Origin: Eledone cirrhosa
Lineage: Eukaryota
NCBI GenBank assembly: GCA_964016885.1
Contig: OZ024748.1
Span: 13,578,001 to 13,642,000, forward strand
DNA: 64,000 bases
Direction of reading: 5' to 3'
Shown: piece by piece, positions 44,508 to 60,630 of the stretch
How the letters are laid out: each line of letters begins with the position of its first letter
Numbering within the stretch: position 1 is the first letter of the stretch
Position numbers and translations under genes: made by a program
The notes under the pieces: model-generated
What the model was told of the DNA's origin: nothing
Seen by the model: the letters and a program-made list of their open reading frames with translations, nothing else
The model's database searches: none

Positions 44508-45941
44508 ATGAATGTTTGCACATATAATTACCCTCCTATTCAAATGAACAATAATATAGATACATATAAATTGATGTTGTGAGCAACAGTTTCGTATTTA
44601 CAGGGTGGAATGGATGTGACATATATTTTACGAGAATTGTACAATAATTGTACAAACATTCAAGTTCAAATTAAAATCAAAATTAAAATTAAAATCCAAA
44701 GCTCGGAGTGGAATACATGCAACAGTTAAAACAAGGGAATAGTCCAAATATTAAAGAGGCATTGAGGAAGCAGTTTTGAGAAAGGAAGTGTGCGATAACA
44801 AATCATATGCAGGCGTGTGGATAGTGTGACTGCGTAAGTCATGTACATGAGAAGGAGACAAGCATATATTATGCATATATAGATGAATAAGTACTGCAGT
44901 TGAAGCAAATATGGTAATGTATTAGAGTCTATGGTGGATGTTGAATGCTGATGGTGTTCGAATTAATGTGTGTTGAGAAACATACAGTTTTTGCAGACTT
45001 TTCCATTGTTGAATTAAATTTTAGTTAATGTTTATATATATATATAACGGCAATAGCACCATTATAATAACAGCATTACCTACACCCAAGTAACAATATC
45101 AATAACACAAAATCTAAGAAAAGTCAGCATCATTGTCACTATCAACATAATCAACGACGGTGCCATCAAAAACAGCACCAACACCAGCAGCAGCCATAAT
45201 TATATTAAAATAATAATCACAAAAATTTATTTATCAAATTAGAAAAAGTATCTGCTATTTGTTCTTTATTTACTTTTTATTTTCATTTAAATTTACAAAA
45301 CTAGCAGCAAATGAACAAAAGAAATTCAGAAAAATGAAATAAAATCAAGAAAAAATGATAAATTTCATGAACTGAGGCGACATAAAATTTCGTTGATATC
45401 ACTACAGTGAAAGATGGCGCTATGAAGATTTCTAGTTTAGCGCCAAATGTATTATTTTTGTTTCGTGTATTTTTCAACCTTTCTCTTACAACCTTAGTTT
45501 CTTTTTATTGTGTTTCTGTGCCCTCCCACCACTTGATATTCTTATCTAAGTGTGAAAAATTATGTTTCAAGACGAAAATACCTGTTGCGAGTTATCTATT
45601 CCTTTATCAAATTTATTTGTTTCACCTTTAACACGAACTGTCGCTTTAAGTTCTTGCATTATGTACATACTTTTTACCATTTTTGTGTTCTAGTTTAGAG
45701 AATTTTATTCAATTAGCAATATATGGGATTTATATTCACATATTTTGTGTTTGAGAAATGAAATATTATCGTAGGCCTTAAGGCATTTTTAAACATGTTG
45801 TGTCATATTTTTATATCAACTGAAATATAAATGTGTCTACATACTTATATATTCAGGATCATTAAATTTTCTATTTTCTTAATAATTTTCTTAATAATTC
45901 AATTACAAAAAAAATAAATAACCTCAACGACTGCAATTAAG

Positions 45942-45990
<49 letters not shown>

Positions 45991-46140
45991 TCTCTCTCTC
46001 TCTCTCTTATATATATATATATGTGTGTGTGCACGCGTGAGTCTGTGTGTCTGTATGTTATGTAAATTTATATGATTTTCATTGCACGTGATTACCACTG
46101 TAAGTATTTAAATGTATACATAAATGAAAGCATGTCTGTA

Positions 46141-46188
<48 letters not shown>

Positions 46189-46807
46189 GTATGTATATGT
46201 GTATTTATATGTGTATTTATACATGTATTTATATATATATATGTATGTATTTATATATATGCATGTATTTATATATATATATAATATGTATATATATATA
46301 TATGCACTCGCTCACAAATACACAGACAGACATAGACACACACCCATATTTATATATGTATGTGTGGTGCACATAGCTCATATAAGTATACATATAAATA
46401 CATAACTCTATAAACCACCACATGCATATATATACGTATGTGTGTGTGTGTGTGTGTGCGTTTGTGTGTTTCTGTATATATGTGTACATTCATACGCACA
46501 TATGGTAATTCCATTTCCGTCTTGACTTCCGATCTATTTTGCAATCATTCTATCTATTAATGCGTCATTTTTCTTCTTGTTTTTTCTTGTTCGTTCTTTC
46601 ATTTAAGTCCTCCTTTATTTCTATCTTTCTTTCTGTCTTTCCTTTGCTTATTTTTGTTAAAAATCTTTGAGGCTTACATTTAAAAAATGTTTTCAACCTT
46701 TTCCCATTGAACACGATTTTCTTAGATGGGAAGAATACTAACATTTATTGTAGCTTCACATTCAGGGGTTATTTATTATAATTATTTTAATTTTAATATT
46801 CCTCCTC

Positions 46808-46927
46808 TTTCTTCTTCTTCTTCTTCTTCTTCTTCTTCTTCTTCTTCTTCTTCTTCTTCTTCTTCTTCTTCTTCTTCTTCTTCTTCTTCTTCTTCTTCTT
46901 CTTCTTCTTCTTCTTTTTCTTCTTCTT
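46808..46927. repeat. (TTC)n microsatellite
   Basis: Directly visible. Confidence 0.97.
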
Positions 46928-47486
46928 GACTAAACATCTGCGTGTTTTTCTTTTTACGAGAGTCCTATGTTTGTTTCTGTATTACTTCATTCATTTATTC
47001 TTATCCCTTTTTTAATCTCTTTCTTTATCTTTCCTTCTTATCACACGTTTTCAATTGATTTTTCAATTTGTTCTTTTTTTTCTCTTCGAATTTCTCTCGC
47101 ATGGCTCGAGTATTTTACTCAACACGAAGCAATAATAGACATTTGTCAAAGTTGCTGCACAGTGGGAGTGAAATGGAAACCAAGAGGGTACGGCGTGAAC
47201 TTTTTAACCACAAAGCCATACCTGTACCTAATCCAATATCTGAACAAATTGTGTGGGGAATATTTTAACTCTTTCATTAGAGATTTCACTTGAAGAACTT
47301 GGAGTACGATTTAAAAGAAAAAACGAATATAATTAAGATTTTGGAGAAATTTTGGAGACATTTTGGAGACATTTTGTGTGTATATCATCACTCATACACT
47401 GTTCACTTCCTTTACATTTGTACTTTATCCTATGTAATATACATACAACTTTCATGAGCTGTAGTGCACCTGGACACTGTACACAA

Positions 47487-47672
47487 TAATTGTTTCTACT
47501 TTAGGCACAAGGCCAGCAATTACCCAGTGCATTACTGGTACTTTATTTTATCGACCCCGTAAGGATGAAAGGCAAAGTCAACCTCGGCGGGATTTGAACT
47601 CAGATCGTAAAGGGACGTAACTATGCTGGAAAGCATGGCGTCCGACCCTCTACCGATACTGCCAATCCACCG
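47487..47672 (-). mobile_element. SINE family 2
   Basis: Near-identical reverse complement of 49845-50025. Confidence 0.88.
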
Positions 47673-47792
47673 GTACACAATAATGTTCATTATTCTTATT
47701 ATTATATAAATAGTAACCTCACTTTTGGTGATTGGAACATAACTTAATAAGTTTTTTTTCCATACGATTAGGATGAGAGATGTTTATATATA

Positions 47793-48003
47793 TGGCCGAG
47801 TGGTAATAGAATTGGACTCTCAATTGTGAGGCTGTGAGTTCGATTCCTGGACCGGGCGATGCGTTATGTCCTCGAGCAAGACACTTTATTTCACGTTGCT
47901 CCTTCTTCCTGGAGTTGCGACCGAGAGATGGTATTAGCAATTGGAAAGACCAATGGAAACATTGTTTCCTCGGTCCGATTTGATGAAAATCGTTCGACTG
48001 TCG
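47793..48003 (+). mobile_element. tRNA-derived SINE family 1
   Basis: A/B boxes and body as at 10367. Confidence 0.88.
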
Positions 48004-48532
48004 ATATATATATATATATATATATACATACATATATAAATGTATGTATGTATATATATATATATATATAAATGTATGTGTGTGTGTGTGCGTGAATGAA
48101 TCGTGCTCAGAAAGGTTAAAATGCCTGATTTTTATCATTGTTAAGACTTGAATTTTATTCGTCGATGATTTAATTCCTTTCTCTCTCCCTTTCCTTCTCC
48201 CTCTCTCTGTTACTCTGTAACCCCCACACTCACAAATACAATCGATTTAAATTCATAAAGGCATGTATATACATATGTGTGTATGCGTATGTGTGTGTGT
48301 GTGTGCATGTGTGCGTGTGTGTGTGTGTGTGTGTGTATGAGTGTCTGTATGAGAGTGTGTACGTAAATTGTGTGTACGTAAAATGTTTGTGCTTGTATGA
48401 ATGTGTGTGTACACAATTGTAAATATATATGCAGAAAAATGTCGGCCTAGAAATTAAGTAAAATGAAAAACAAAATAATGAGAGAAAGACAGAAAGATAG
48501 AGATAGATAAATACATAGATAGAGAGAGAGAG

Positions 48533-48586
<54 letters not shown>

Positions 48587-48625
48587 ATAGAGAGATAGGG
48601 AGATAGAGAGTGGGGAGGGCGATAC

Positions 48626-48660
<35 letters not shown>

Positions 48661-48776
48661 TGTTTCTTTATTAGCCACAGAGGCACAAAAGAAGGGGACA
48701 AATACAAAGGGGGAAGTTTACATACAATAAAAACGTGTAAAAGATAAATAGAGAGATAGAGAGATAGAGAGTGGGG

Positions 48777-48816
<40 letters not shown>

Positions 48817-49369
48817 TGATAGAGAGATAGAGGGTAGGGAGATAAATCTACATTAGAAGAGTTATGTAGAGATTATATATAAGCAAGTGATTTCTTTCAA
48901 TTTTAAATACATTGTTACAAGCTGCCGCTAGGTTCGCTTCCGTTGATCCTAAAGAACCTACTCTGATATTACCTTATATAATGCATATATATTAGTTTAC
49001 TGCACTTTACCATATATGGTAATTTACACCCTCACCTTCACAACCATACAACATAAATGGCGGTGTACTTGTTGAACAGAAAATTGAAAAAGAAATGTTA
49101 ATAATTCTTTATATACATACCTACGTAATGTCAACATTCACACTCTCCTTCTCTCTCTCTCTCTTTCTCTCTCTACATACATACATATATATATATACAT
49201 GTATGTGTGTATGTGTGTGTATGTGTGATGTGTGTATGTGTGTGTACGTGTATGTGTGTGTATATGTTTATATGCATACATGCATATATATATATATATA
49301 ATATATAATATATATGTATATATATATATATATATACGTATATATATATGTATATATGTATATCTATAC

Positions 49370-49408
<39 letters not shown>

Positions 49409-49411
<3 letters not shown>

Positions 49412-49634
49412 GGCGTGTGGCTGAGTGGTTAGAGAATTGGATTCGCAATCGTGAGGTTGTGAGTTCGATTCCTGGACCGGGCGATGCGTTATGTCCTTGA
49501 GCAAGACACTTTATTTCACGTTGCTCCTTCTACCTGGAGTTGCGACCGATAGATAGTATTAGCAATTGGAAAGACCAACGGAAACATTGTCTCCTCGGTC
49601 CGATTTGACAAAACGTCGATCGTTCGTTCGTTCG
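49409..49634 (+). mobile_element. tRNA-derived SINE family 1
   Basis: tggctgagtgg...gagttcgattcc; (ttcg)n tail. Confidence 0.9.
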
Positions 49635-49844
49635 TATATATATATATATATATATACATACATATATATATATATATACATATATATATACATACATAAA
49701 TATATATATGTTATATATATATATGTGCATATATATATATAACGTGTGTATGTATGTATGTGCCTGTCTGTGTACGTCCGTGTGTTTTCATGTTATATAT
49801 CTATATTTCAGTTCCTCCATATAACATATATATATATGTATATA

Positions 49845-50025
49845 TGGTGGATTGGCAGTATCTGTAGAGGGTCGGACGCCATGCTTTCCAGCATAGTTAC
49901 GTCCCTTTACGATCTGAGTTCAAATCCCGCCGAGGTTGACTTTCATCCTTACGGGGTCGATAAAATAAAGTACCAGTAATGCACTGGATAATTTCTGGCC
50001 TTGTGCCTAAAGTAGAAACAATTAT
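49845..50025 (+). mobile_element. SINE family 2
   Basis: B box gagttcaaatcc; ctttcatccttacggggtcgataaaat core. Confidence 0.88.
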
Positions 50026-50312
50026 ATTATTCATATGAAATATTTAATACATACTTAATATTTCATTACGTTTAACAACTACACTACACTCTTCTCCGTA
50101 TTACATTCCACTTTCACCCACCACCCACAATACAATTGATTACTGTACGATATTGATTTGGAATCAATCGCATTCTGACTGCACTTATGCTTACAAGGCG
50201 GTTAATTAGCTATTGAACTACATTTTCCCTACATTAAATAGATTATAGAAGTCCATGTGAGCTATGTGGTTATGGATATTTTGTGAAAGTCGATACAATG
50301 ACAATTAGATAT

Positions 50313-50522
50313 AATGGTTTCTGATTTAGGCTCAAAGTCAACATTTTTCTGTATGGGAGAGGAAAACGTCAATTAAATCGACCCAAGTGCGTTACTGGTA
50401 TTTTATATTATCGACCCTGTAGTGATGAGAAGCAAAGCAAACCACGACAGTATTTGAAATCAGGAAGTAAAGTGGCATAGTTATATGCCGTAAAATGTTG
50501 CCAGACGCTCTACCGATATTTC
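50313..50522 (-). mobile_element. SINE family 2, old copy
   Basis: gttactggtattttatattatcgaccc...ctctaccgatatt; a similar old copy lies at ~51870-52040. Confidence 0.6.
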
Positions 50523-51223
50523 CTATTCAAAAACTACTAAAGCGCAAACGAAGGTTAAGTAGTATCTCTGAAACCCCGTTGAGAGAATTTAAGATTAATT
50601 CGTGTGTCAAGCAACGGTAATAATAGAAAATAAACACACACACGCACACACACACATTCACCTCCTTATATATATATATCATAAACAAATCTGATACATG
50701 TATATATTTATATGTATATATGTATATATATCACAAGAAATATATATACATATATAAATCTATTAAACATATTATTGATAATAATATTAACATAATAGTA
50801 TTATCATTACTATGATTACTATCTTCACCATAATCCTCATCATTATGAATTTTTTTATTATTAACGCGAGTCATTAAACTTTAGCCAACTCAAGCGGTGT
50901 ATGTATTCCCTGATAAATTTACATTATTAACAATGTATTCCTAAGTAATTGTCCGTAAAAGACAGCAGCTATCTGGTTTTCTCAATTTATTGATTAACTT
51001 AGCTTCTACGAGAATAATTGTTTTTAAACCGAGCCTTTAACATATACAAACATATATTGACTTCCCGCCTCACTCAAACACAGACATATTTATGTACTTA
51101 CATATACACTTATGTATGGATACGTATATATCTACGTATGTACGTATATATCTATATACATATATGTGTATTCATATGCATTTGTATGTATATACATATA
51201 GGGGTACGTACAAACACTCCACC

Positions 51224-51325
<102 letters not shown>

Positions 51326-51421
51326 AAGCGTGAGGACCCCGACGGTTGAGCTCCGGCCGTTTCGACAGCTAGATCCGAACTGATATATATATATATATAT
51401 ATACAAGCATATCCACCTCTC

Positions 51422-51710
<289 letters not shown>

Positions 51711-51711
51711 C

Positions 51712-51819
<108 letters not shown>

Positions 51820-52138
51820 CTTAAACATAGCTGGGGAAAAATAAATATACTAATAACAATAATATTAATGGTCTCTGATCTAGGTATATGTCCATCAATC
51901 TTGGAGGAAGGTGCTTTATTTTATCGACTCCTGAAAGGGAGAAGGCGAAGCTACCCTCGGTGAGATTTGATCACTGAATTTTCAGGTACGTAACTTAATA
52001 TCAGAGCTTGTTGTCTGACATTCTACCAATACTACCAATCTATAATAATATATATTTCTCGCATTGGCACCAATTGGGTCGATTAAATGGATAAAAAAAA
52101 CAACAATAATAAAATCGGGCAACACTATCTATCTAAGA

Positions 52139-52462
52139 TCCATGGACGAGTTCTCTCCAGCAGTCTCTGTCCCTCATTATCACTGCCATGTCCTGCGTCT
52201 CCAACAGGCCAGTGTCTGTCCTTAGGGCATCAACATACGTTAACCTTGGTCTTCCTATTCTAGTGTGTCCATGTAGCGGCTCCCAAAGGAGCACTAAGTG
52301 CAATGTCAACTCTGGATGTCGGTGAGCATGTCCAGCTAACCTCAGTCTCCTCTGTGTCACTTTTGAGCTGACTTTTGGGATGCTCCCATACAGCTCTGAT
52401 GGTGGATGGGTGCTACACGAGAATGCTGAGGATGGCTCTGAACATTAATCAGTATACACTGA
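52139..52462. mobile_element. RTE-clade LINE 3' fragment with 5' inversion
   Basis: Minus: RRLRLAGHAHRHPE...[16 protein letters not shown]...DRDCWRELV. Plus 52397-52462: MVDGCYTRMLRMALNI. Same family as 34787-35301. Confidence 0.88.
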
Positions 52463-52729
52463 TGGCAACACTATATAAAATAGCAATCACTATAACTAGA
52501 GCAAGAATAATCAGAACAGCAACAATCACAAGAGAAACAACTACAACAGCAACAATTACAACAACAGCAACAATCACGGAAACAATAACCACAACAGCAT
52601 CAACCACAACACCAACAATAGCAACAACAGCAGTTATATCTCAACAACGACCATCACAAAAACAATAATCACCATAGCAGCAACAACCACAACAGTTGTA
52701 GCAACAACAATCACATCAACGATCACAAC

Positions 52730-55565
52730 AATAACACCAATAGCAATACCATCAACACCACCACCAACAATACAACCAACATCATCAACACCACCAACAA
52801 CAACAATACCATCAACATCAACACCAACAACATCAACAACAATACCAACAATATCATTAACACCACCAACAAGAACAGCACCATTAACACCACCAACAAC
52901 ATCAAAAACAATACCAGCAATACCGACACCACTTCCAAGACCATCAACAGCACCAACACCACTACCAACACCAACACCACTACCAACACCAACACCACTA
53001 CCAAGACCAACAACACCACCAACACCACTACCAACACCACCAACACCACCAACACCACTACCAACACCACCAAGACCACTACCAACACCATCAACACCAT
53101 CAACACCAACAAATCAACTACCAACACCACCAACACCACCAACACCACTAACAACACCACCAACACCACCAACACCAATACCAACACCACCAACACCACT
53201 AACAACACCACCAACACCACTACCAACACCACCAACACCACCAACACCACTACCAACACCACCAAGACCACTACCAACACCATCAACACCATCAACACCA
53301 CCAAATCTACTACCAACACCACCAACACCACCACCAACACCACCAACACCACTACCAACACCATCAACACCACCAACACCACTACCAACACCATCAACAC
53401 CACCAAACCACTACCCACACCATCAACACCACCAACACCACTACCAACACCATCAACACCACCAACACCACTACCAACACCAACATCACCACCAACACCA
53501 CTACCAACACCAACAACACCACCAACACTACTACCAACACCACCAACAATACCAACACCACTACCAACACCAACAACACCACCAACACCACTACCAACAC
53601 CAACAACACCACCAACACCACTACCAACATCATCAACACCATCAACACCACTACCAATACCATCAACAGCACCAACACCACTACCAACACCAACAACACC
53701 ACCAACACCACTACCAACACCAACAACACCACCAACACCACTACCAACACCATCAACACCACCAACACCACTACCAACACCAACAACACCAACAACACCA
53801 CTACCAACACCATCAACACCACCAACACTACTACCAACACCATCAACACCACCAACACTACTACCAACACCGTCAACACCACCAACACCACTACCAACAA
53901 CATCAACACCACCAACACTACTACCAACACCATCAACACCACCAACACCACTACCAACACCATCAACACCATCAACACCACTACCAACACCATCAACACC
54001 ACCAACACCACTACCAACACCATCAACACCACCAACACTACTACCAACACCATCAACACCACTAACACCACTACCAACACCAACACTACTACCAACACCA
54101 CTACCATTACCATCAACACCACCAACACTACTACCAACACCACCAACACTACCAACACCACTACCAACACCATCAACACCACGAACACCACTACCAACAC
54201 CAACAACACCAACAACACCACCAACACCATCAACACCACCAACACCACTACCAACACCATCAACACCACCAACACCACTACCAACACCATCAACACCACC
54301 AACACTACTACCAGCACCACCACCAACACCACTACCAACACCATCAACACCACGAACACCACTACCAACACCAACAACACCACCAACACCAGCACCACCA
54401 CCAACACCACTACCAACACCACTACAACCACCAACACCACTACCAACACCAGCACCACCACCAACACCACTACCAACACCATCAACACCACCAACACCAC
54501 CAACACCACTACCAACACCAGCACCACCACCAACACCACTACCAACACCAACAACACTACCAACACCACTACCAACACCACCAACACCACTACCAACACC
54601 ATCAACACCACCAAGACCACTACCAACACCACCAACACCACTACCAACACCAACAACACCACCAACACCACTACCAACACCAACAACACCACCAACACCA
54701 CTACCAACACCAACAACACCACCAACACCACTACCAACACCATCAACACCACCAGCACCACCACCAACACCACTACCAACACCAACAACACCACCAACAC
54801 TACAACCAACACCACTACCAACACCATCAACACCACCAACACTACTACCAGCACCACCACCAACACCACTACCAACACCAACAACACCACCACCAACACC
54901 ACTACCAACACCAACAACACCACCAACACTACTACCAACACCACTACCAACACCATCAACACCACCAACACTACTACCAACACCATCAACACCACCAACA
55001 CTATTACCAACACCAACAACACCACCAACACCACTACCAACACCAACACCACTACTACCAACACCAGCACCACCACCAACACCACTACCAACACCACCAA
55101 CACCACCAACACCACTACCAACACCAACAACACCACCAACACTACTACCAACACCATCAACACCACCAACACCACTACCAACACCATCAACACCACCAAC
55201 ACCACTACCAACACCATCAACACCACGAACACCACAACGAACACCATCAACACCATCAACACCACTACCAACACCACCAACACCACCAACACCACTACCA
55301 ACACCAACAACACCACCAACACTACTACCAATACCATCAACACCACCAACACCACTACCAACACCATCAACACCACGAACACCACAACCAACACCATCAA
55401 CACCATCAACACCACTACCAACACCAACACCACTACCAACACCAGCACCACCACCAACACCACTACCAACACCACCAACACCACTACCAACACCAGCACC
55501 ACCACCAACACCACTACCAACACCATCAACACCACCAACACCACTACCAACACCAACAACAATAA
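52730..55565. repeat. 2.8 kb triplet-based minisatellite (core unit ccaacaccatcaacaccaccaacaccacta, 30 bp)
   Basis: Directly visible; reads [10 protein letters not shown] on plus and [10 protein letters not shown] on minus. Confidence 0.95.
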
Positions 55566-55776
55566 CAAACCCATGTAAAAACAATGTTGTTAATTATAAC
55601 ATTTCTCTCAATTGTTACATATAAGATAATCATCAGTTTGCTTTCCATATCAGCACTTATTACTGCTGATATTATCAATCACGAGTATAGCCACCGTAAG
55701 TCCATATATAATCACAGTAACACTACAGCATTCGTGTCTTCCTCTCCATTGCTCTTATTGTATTTCTCTCTCTCTC

Positions 55777-55837
<61 letters not shown>

Positions 55838-55843
55838 ATCTAT

Positions 55844-55887
<44 letters not shown>

Positions 55888-55893
55888 ATCTAT

Positions 55894-56034
<141 letters not shown>

Positions 56035-56119
56035 GCTACCTATTTCTCTCTTCCTCTTCCATTCTCTCCTCTCTGTCTTTCCGCCATAACTTAACTTTCT
56101 CCCCCCGCCACTCTCTCTT

Positions 56120-56185
<66 letters not shown>

Positions 56186-56188
<3 letters not shown>

Positions 56189-56593
56189 GAAAAAGTATGA
56201 CCACGACGGCAGAGCTCAAGCCGTTTCGACGACTATTTCTGGAAATAGCCGTCGAAACGGCTTGAGCTCTGCCGTCGGGGTCATACTTTTTCCCATTTAC
56301 CACTATACTGCCCTAAGTATTGAGTACTCTGGTGCGTTATGGTCCACTTGGTGCCTTACCACAATTCCTTTGTTATATATATATATAACGAAGGAAATGT
56401 GGTAAGGACCCAGATGGACTATAACGCACCAAAGTACTCAATACTTAGGGTAGTAGAGTGGGTAATAGGAACGAGTAGGACCCTGACGGCTGAGCTCAAG
56501 CCGTTTCGATGGCTAATTCTGGACTTGTCCAGAATTAGTCCTGAATTAGCCGTCGAAACGGCTTGAGCTCAGCCGTCGGGGTCCTACTCGTTC

Positions 56594-56596
<3 letters not shown>
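56186..56596. mobile_element. two family M hairpin elements joined tail-to-tail across a short (TA)n
   Basis: Hairpins 56186-56296 and 56466-56596 with mutually inverted tails meeting at 56374-56387; each has GAAACGGC..GCCGTC-ggggtc (hammerhead 3' half). Confidence 0.82.
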
Positions 56597-56626
<30 letters not shown>

Positions 56627-57095
56627 CTGTCTCTTACACTCATGTTAATTTTCATCGTTATCCTTCTTTCCTTCTCTCTAGTCTCCTCTATCTCTTTCTC
56701 TATCTTTCTCTGGTTCTTTATCCCACACATACCGCCCCCCCCCACACACACACATATATGCACATACAAAACGTTCATATTTTCTACCATGCATTCTTAC
56801 AACCAATCAAATCAATTGTATGTATCATGTGTGCATGGGGTGTTATGGTCTTTTGTTGTGTGTTTGTGTGTACTTCTGTGATTGTGTGTACGTGTAGTTC
56901 TGCGAACAAGTATGATTGTGTGTATGTATAAGATTTTGTGTATGTAAGCATGTATAGGATTGAATGTATGTGTTCAATTGTGGGTGCATGTTTGTGCTTT
57001 TTCCGAAGTTTTCTCATAATAGACATTTGGGTGTAATTACATGCATATGTATAGGCATTTCTATATGCTTGTACATTTATGCCTGTGTCACGTGT

Positions 57096-57139
<44 letters not shown>

Positions 57140-57441
57140 TGTTGTATGTGTATATATAAACTACTTTTTAAGTTTCTTCAAAATGCATATTTCAATGCAA
57201 ACAAATACAAGCATATATAAGTGGAGTTGCATTTATGTGTATGTGTGTGTGTGTGTGTGTGTGTGCCTAAGTTCCTGTGTGCGTGTGTAGTTGTCGCTAT
57301 GTGTATAGGACTTTGTATACATGTATATATGCATTAGGAAGTGGCTGAGTGTATTAGTTTGTCGACTCGTTTTGTGCATTTTGTGTGCAGCATTTTGTCT
57401 ACATGCATGTGTTGGCGTGTTTTCTTGTGTGTTTATGCGTG

Positions 57442-57510
<69 letters not shown>

Positions 57511-58548
57511 TTACAGAAAGATAGGGGGAGGTAGAGAGAGTGTGAGAGAGAGAAATACAGAGGGATAGAGAGATGGAGAGAAAGTAAGAAATAGAGAGAA
57601 AAATGATCTTTGTTTGCATGTATATATGTGTGCCGGAATTTGACCACATGTGTGCATGTGTTTGAGGTTGTGTGGAATGGGGTTGTTACCTTAATGCATG
57701 TATATACTTGAGTGTATATATGGAAGTGAATATCTATAGATATGTACGTGAGATTTTGTATACATGTTTGCGTACATGTTTTTACAGTCAACTCCACTTT
57801 TCATGTATGAGTTTAATTAAATTGTCCGATATCTGATAACGCCATCTTTTCGGTGATTATATTATATTGAAAGCAGGGAGAACAACACGAAACGACCGCC
57901 ATGTAAATAAGTCTGAGATAAAAAGTAATTCAGAGAGTAAGAGAAAGCGAGAGAGAGTGAGGGAGTGACAGAGAGAGAAAGATGGGAGGCGAGGAGATAG
58001 ATGGAGAAAAAGTGAGGGCGAGAGAGAAAAAGAGAGGAGGCGAGAGAGAGAAAAAGAGAGGGTGGGAGAGAGAAGGAAAAGAGCCGAGAAAAGACAGGCT
58101 GGTATAGAGTTTATTGAGAGAACTCAAGATACATGTGCAAACATTACGTACGCTTTTCTCTTAGCTAGAAATGATTAACATGGCTGTTTCAGATACGTAT
58201 CTTTAGTAATTAGATACGATATAATTTCACCATTTATAATCCTACCCAATATCAACCTAATCAAAAATTTTATGTTTTTGGCAAATTCTATTATATGTTC
58301 TATTAGATGTGGTTTTAGAAACTTTTATTGGTAAGATTATATCGATTAGTTTAATATAGTTTCAATAAATACACTAAAAATATGCGTACAGAATGGCCGA
58401 ACTTACATATTCATTTTCAGAGAACTGTATAAACTTTAGTAAAATATCCGAAAGCTTCTAATATGCCTAGGCTGATTGATGTAAGAAATATAAACAACAC
58501 ATACACACATACACACACACGCGCACTCCCCTCACCTCACCACACACA

Positions 58549-58580
<32 letters not shown>

Positions 58581-58581
58581 C

Positions 58582-58641
<60 letters not shown>

Positions 58642-58683
58642 TATATCTATACATATTTAGAGAGAGAGAGAGAGGGAAAGAGT

Positions 58684-58778
<95 letters not shown>

Positions 58779-58954
58779 TGAGAGAGAGAATGCGAGATAA
58801 GTTAGATAGATGGATAGATAAATAGATCGATAGACAACTAGTTTGATTATATATATATAGATAGATAGATATAGATAGATAGATATATAGATATATATAG
58901 ATATATAGATAGATAGATAGATATATAGATAGATAGATAGATAGATAGATAGAC

Positions 58955-59003
<49 letters not shown>

Positions 59004-59204
59004 TTTCTGACTTAAATTTTCGAAGCAATATGACGGCTTCATTATAAAGGATGAAATAAGAATGAAGTTAGGCAATGAACTAATCCAACTTAATGCAAGG
59101 CCGTAGATATCCATGTATATATATATAGGAGTGAGCTGAGATACAACCGGTACTGTCATTGATAAATTTGCTGGGCCCGTCACCCTTATTATTATATATA
59201 TATA

Positions 59205-59394
59205 GGCGGTGGATTGGCAGTATTGGTAGAGTGTCGGATGCCATGCTTTGGCGCATAGAGTTACGGCCCTTGCCATACTGAGTTCAAATCCCGCCGAGGT
59301 TAACTTTGCCTTTCATCCTTACGGGGTCGATAAAATAAATTACCAGTAATACACTGGGTATTTGCTGGCCTTGTGCCTAACGTAGAAACAATTA
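59205..59394 (+). mobile_element. SINE family 2
   Basis: B box gagttcaaatcc; gcctttcatccttacggggtcgataaaat resembles a conserved Nin/Deu-type SINE core (recalled). Confidence 0.85.
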
Positions 59395-59395
59395 T

Positions 59396-59466
<71 letters not shown>

Positions 59467-59879
59467 TGCATGTAGATATTGACGCCTATAGAGCGATGTT
59501 CACAATGGATTATGTAAGAGAATGGAAACCAAGATGGCTGACTATAGAGAAGTAATTAACATAGAGTATGCGAATAACATTATCGGTTACACATTAATCT
59601 ATTTTCACAATAAAGTATATAGATTTATATTGACTTATCACTCTAAACTGGCGGTAACGCTACTTACGAAAGGTCACTTTGTCAATCATCTTGTTGAGAA
59701 TCGATAATATAATAATATATAAAGCCGAATGTTATGATATGATCCAATCAAAGTTTACATTCACATTCAAATGAAAATTTTCGTGATTAAAGCTAAAGTC
59801 TAAAGTCTTGATCAGTGATCCCCCAGTTAGTGTTCTAAACACCCCTGTGTATCCACATCACTAGTCTGTGTATGTTATG

Positions 59880-60087
59880 TTTTTAAAGAAGTACATGGTC
59901 AAATTAAAATTAATATTTAACCCATTCTATTAGGTAGCTATTTTTATCTAAATCTTAATATTCCACCCTTTCAAATATTCAATGACTTTTAAAGAAATAC
60001 ATGGTCAAATTAAAATTAATAGTTAACACACACTATTAGGTACCCATTCTTATATAAATCTAAATATTCCACTCTTTCAAATACTCA
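59880..60087 (+). repeat. tandem duplication of ~107 bp
   Basis: ttttaaagaa.tacatggtcaaattaaaattaata...aatattccac.ctttcaaata occurs twice. Confidence 0.85.
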
Positions 60088-60544
60088 AGGACACAACGCG
60101 CCGCCAAGAATTAAATTCAAGATGTTACAATCACAAACCAAATAACCTGACCAGTAATCAGATGCCATCTTTTAATAGATGCCATCTTTTACAAGAAATG
60201 TCGCGCTGTCTGTGGATAAGTTTCTCAGTTTCTTCTCATGAAAACTGGCCTCGGCGATACAGTTCCACCTTTAACAAAAGAAAAAGAAAAGAGAAATTTA
60301 ATTATGAATAATATTGTTATGTGTGTGTGTGAACGCGCGCGAGTTCATTGTTTCATTACAATTCAAATTTTATCATGTTTCAAATATCTTCCATCTCAAA
60401 ATAATTTCTTAATTAAACATTTGCTTCTACAGTAGCATTTGATCACTATACATTGTTGATTAGACTACCATATTTTCATTAGATATTTCGTAAGCAATGA
60501 CTCTTTCTCAACCTCAATCTCCCTCGTTCTCCCTCTTTTTCACT

Positions 60545-60630
<86 letters not shown>

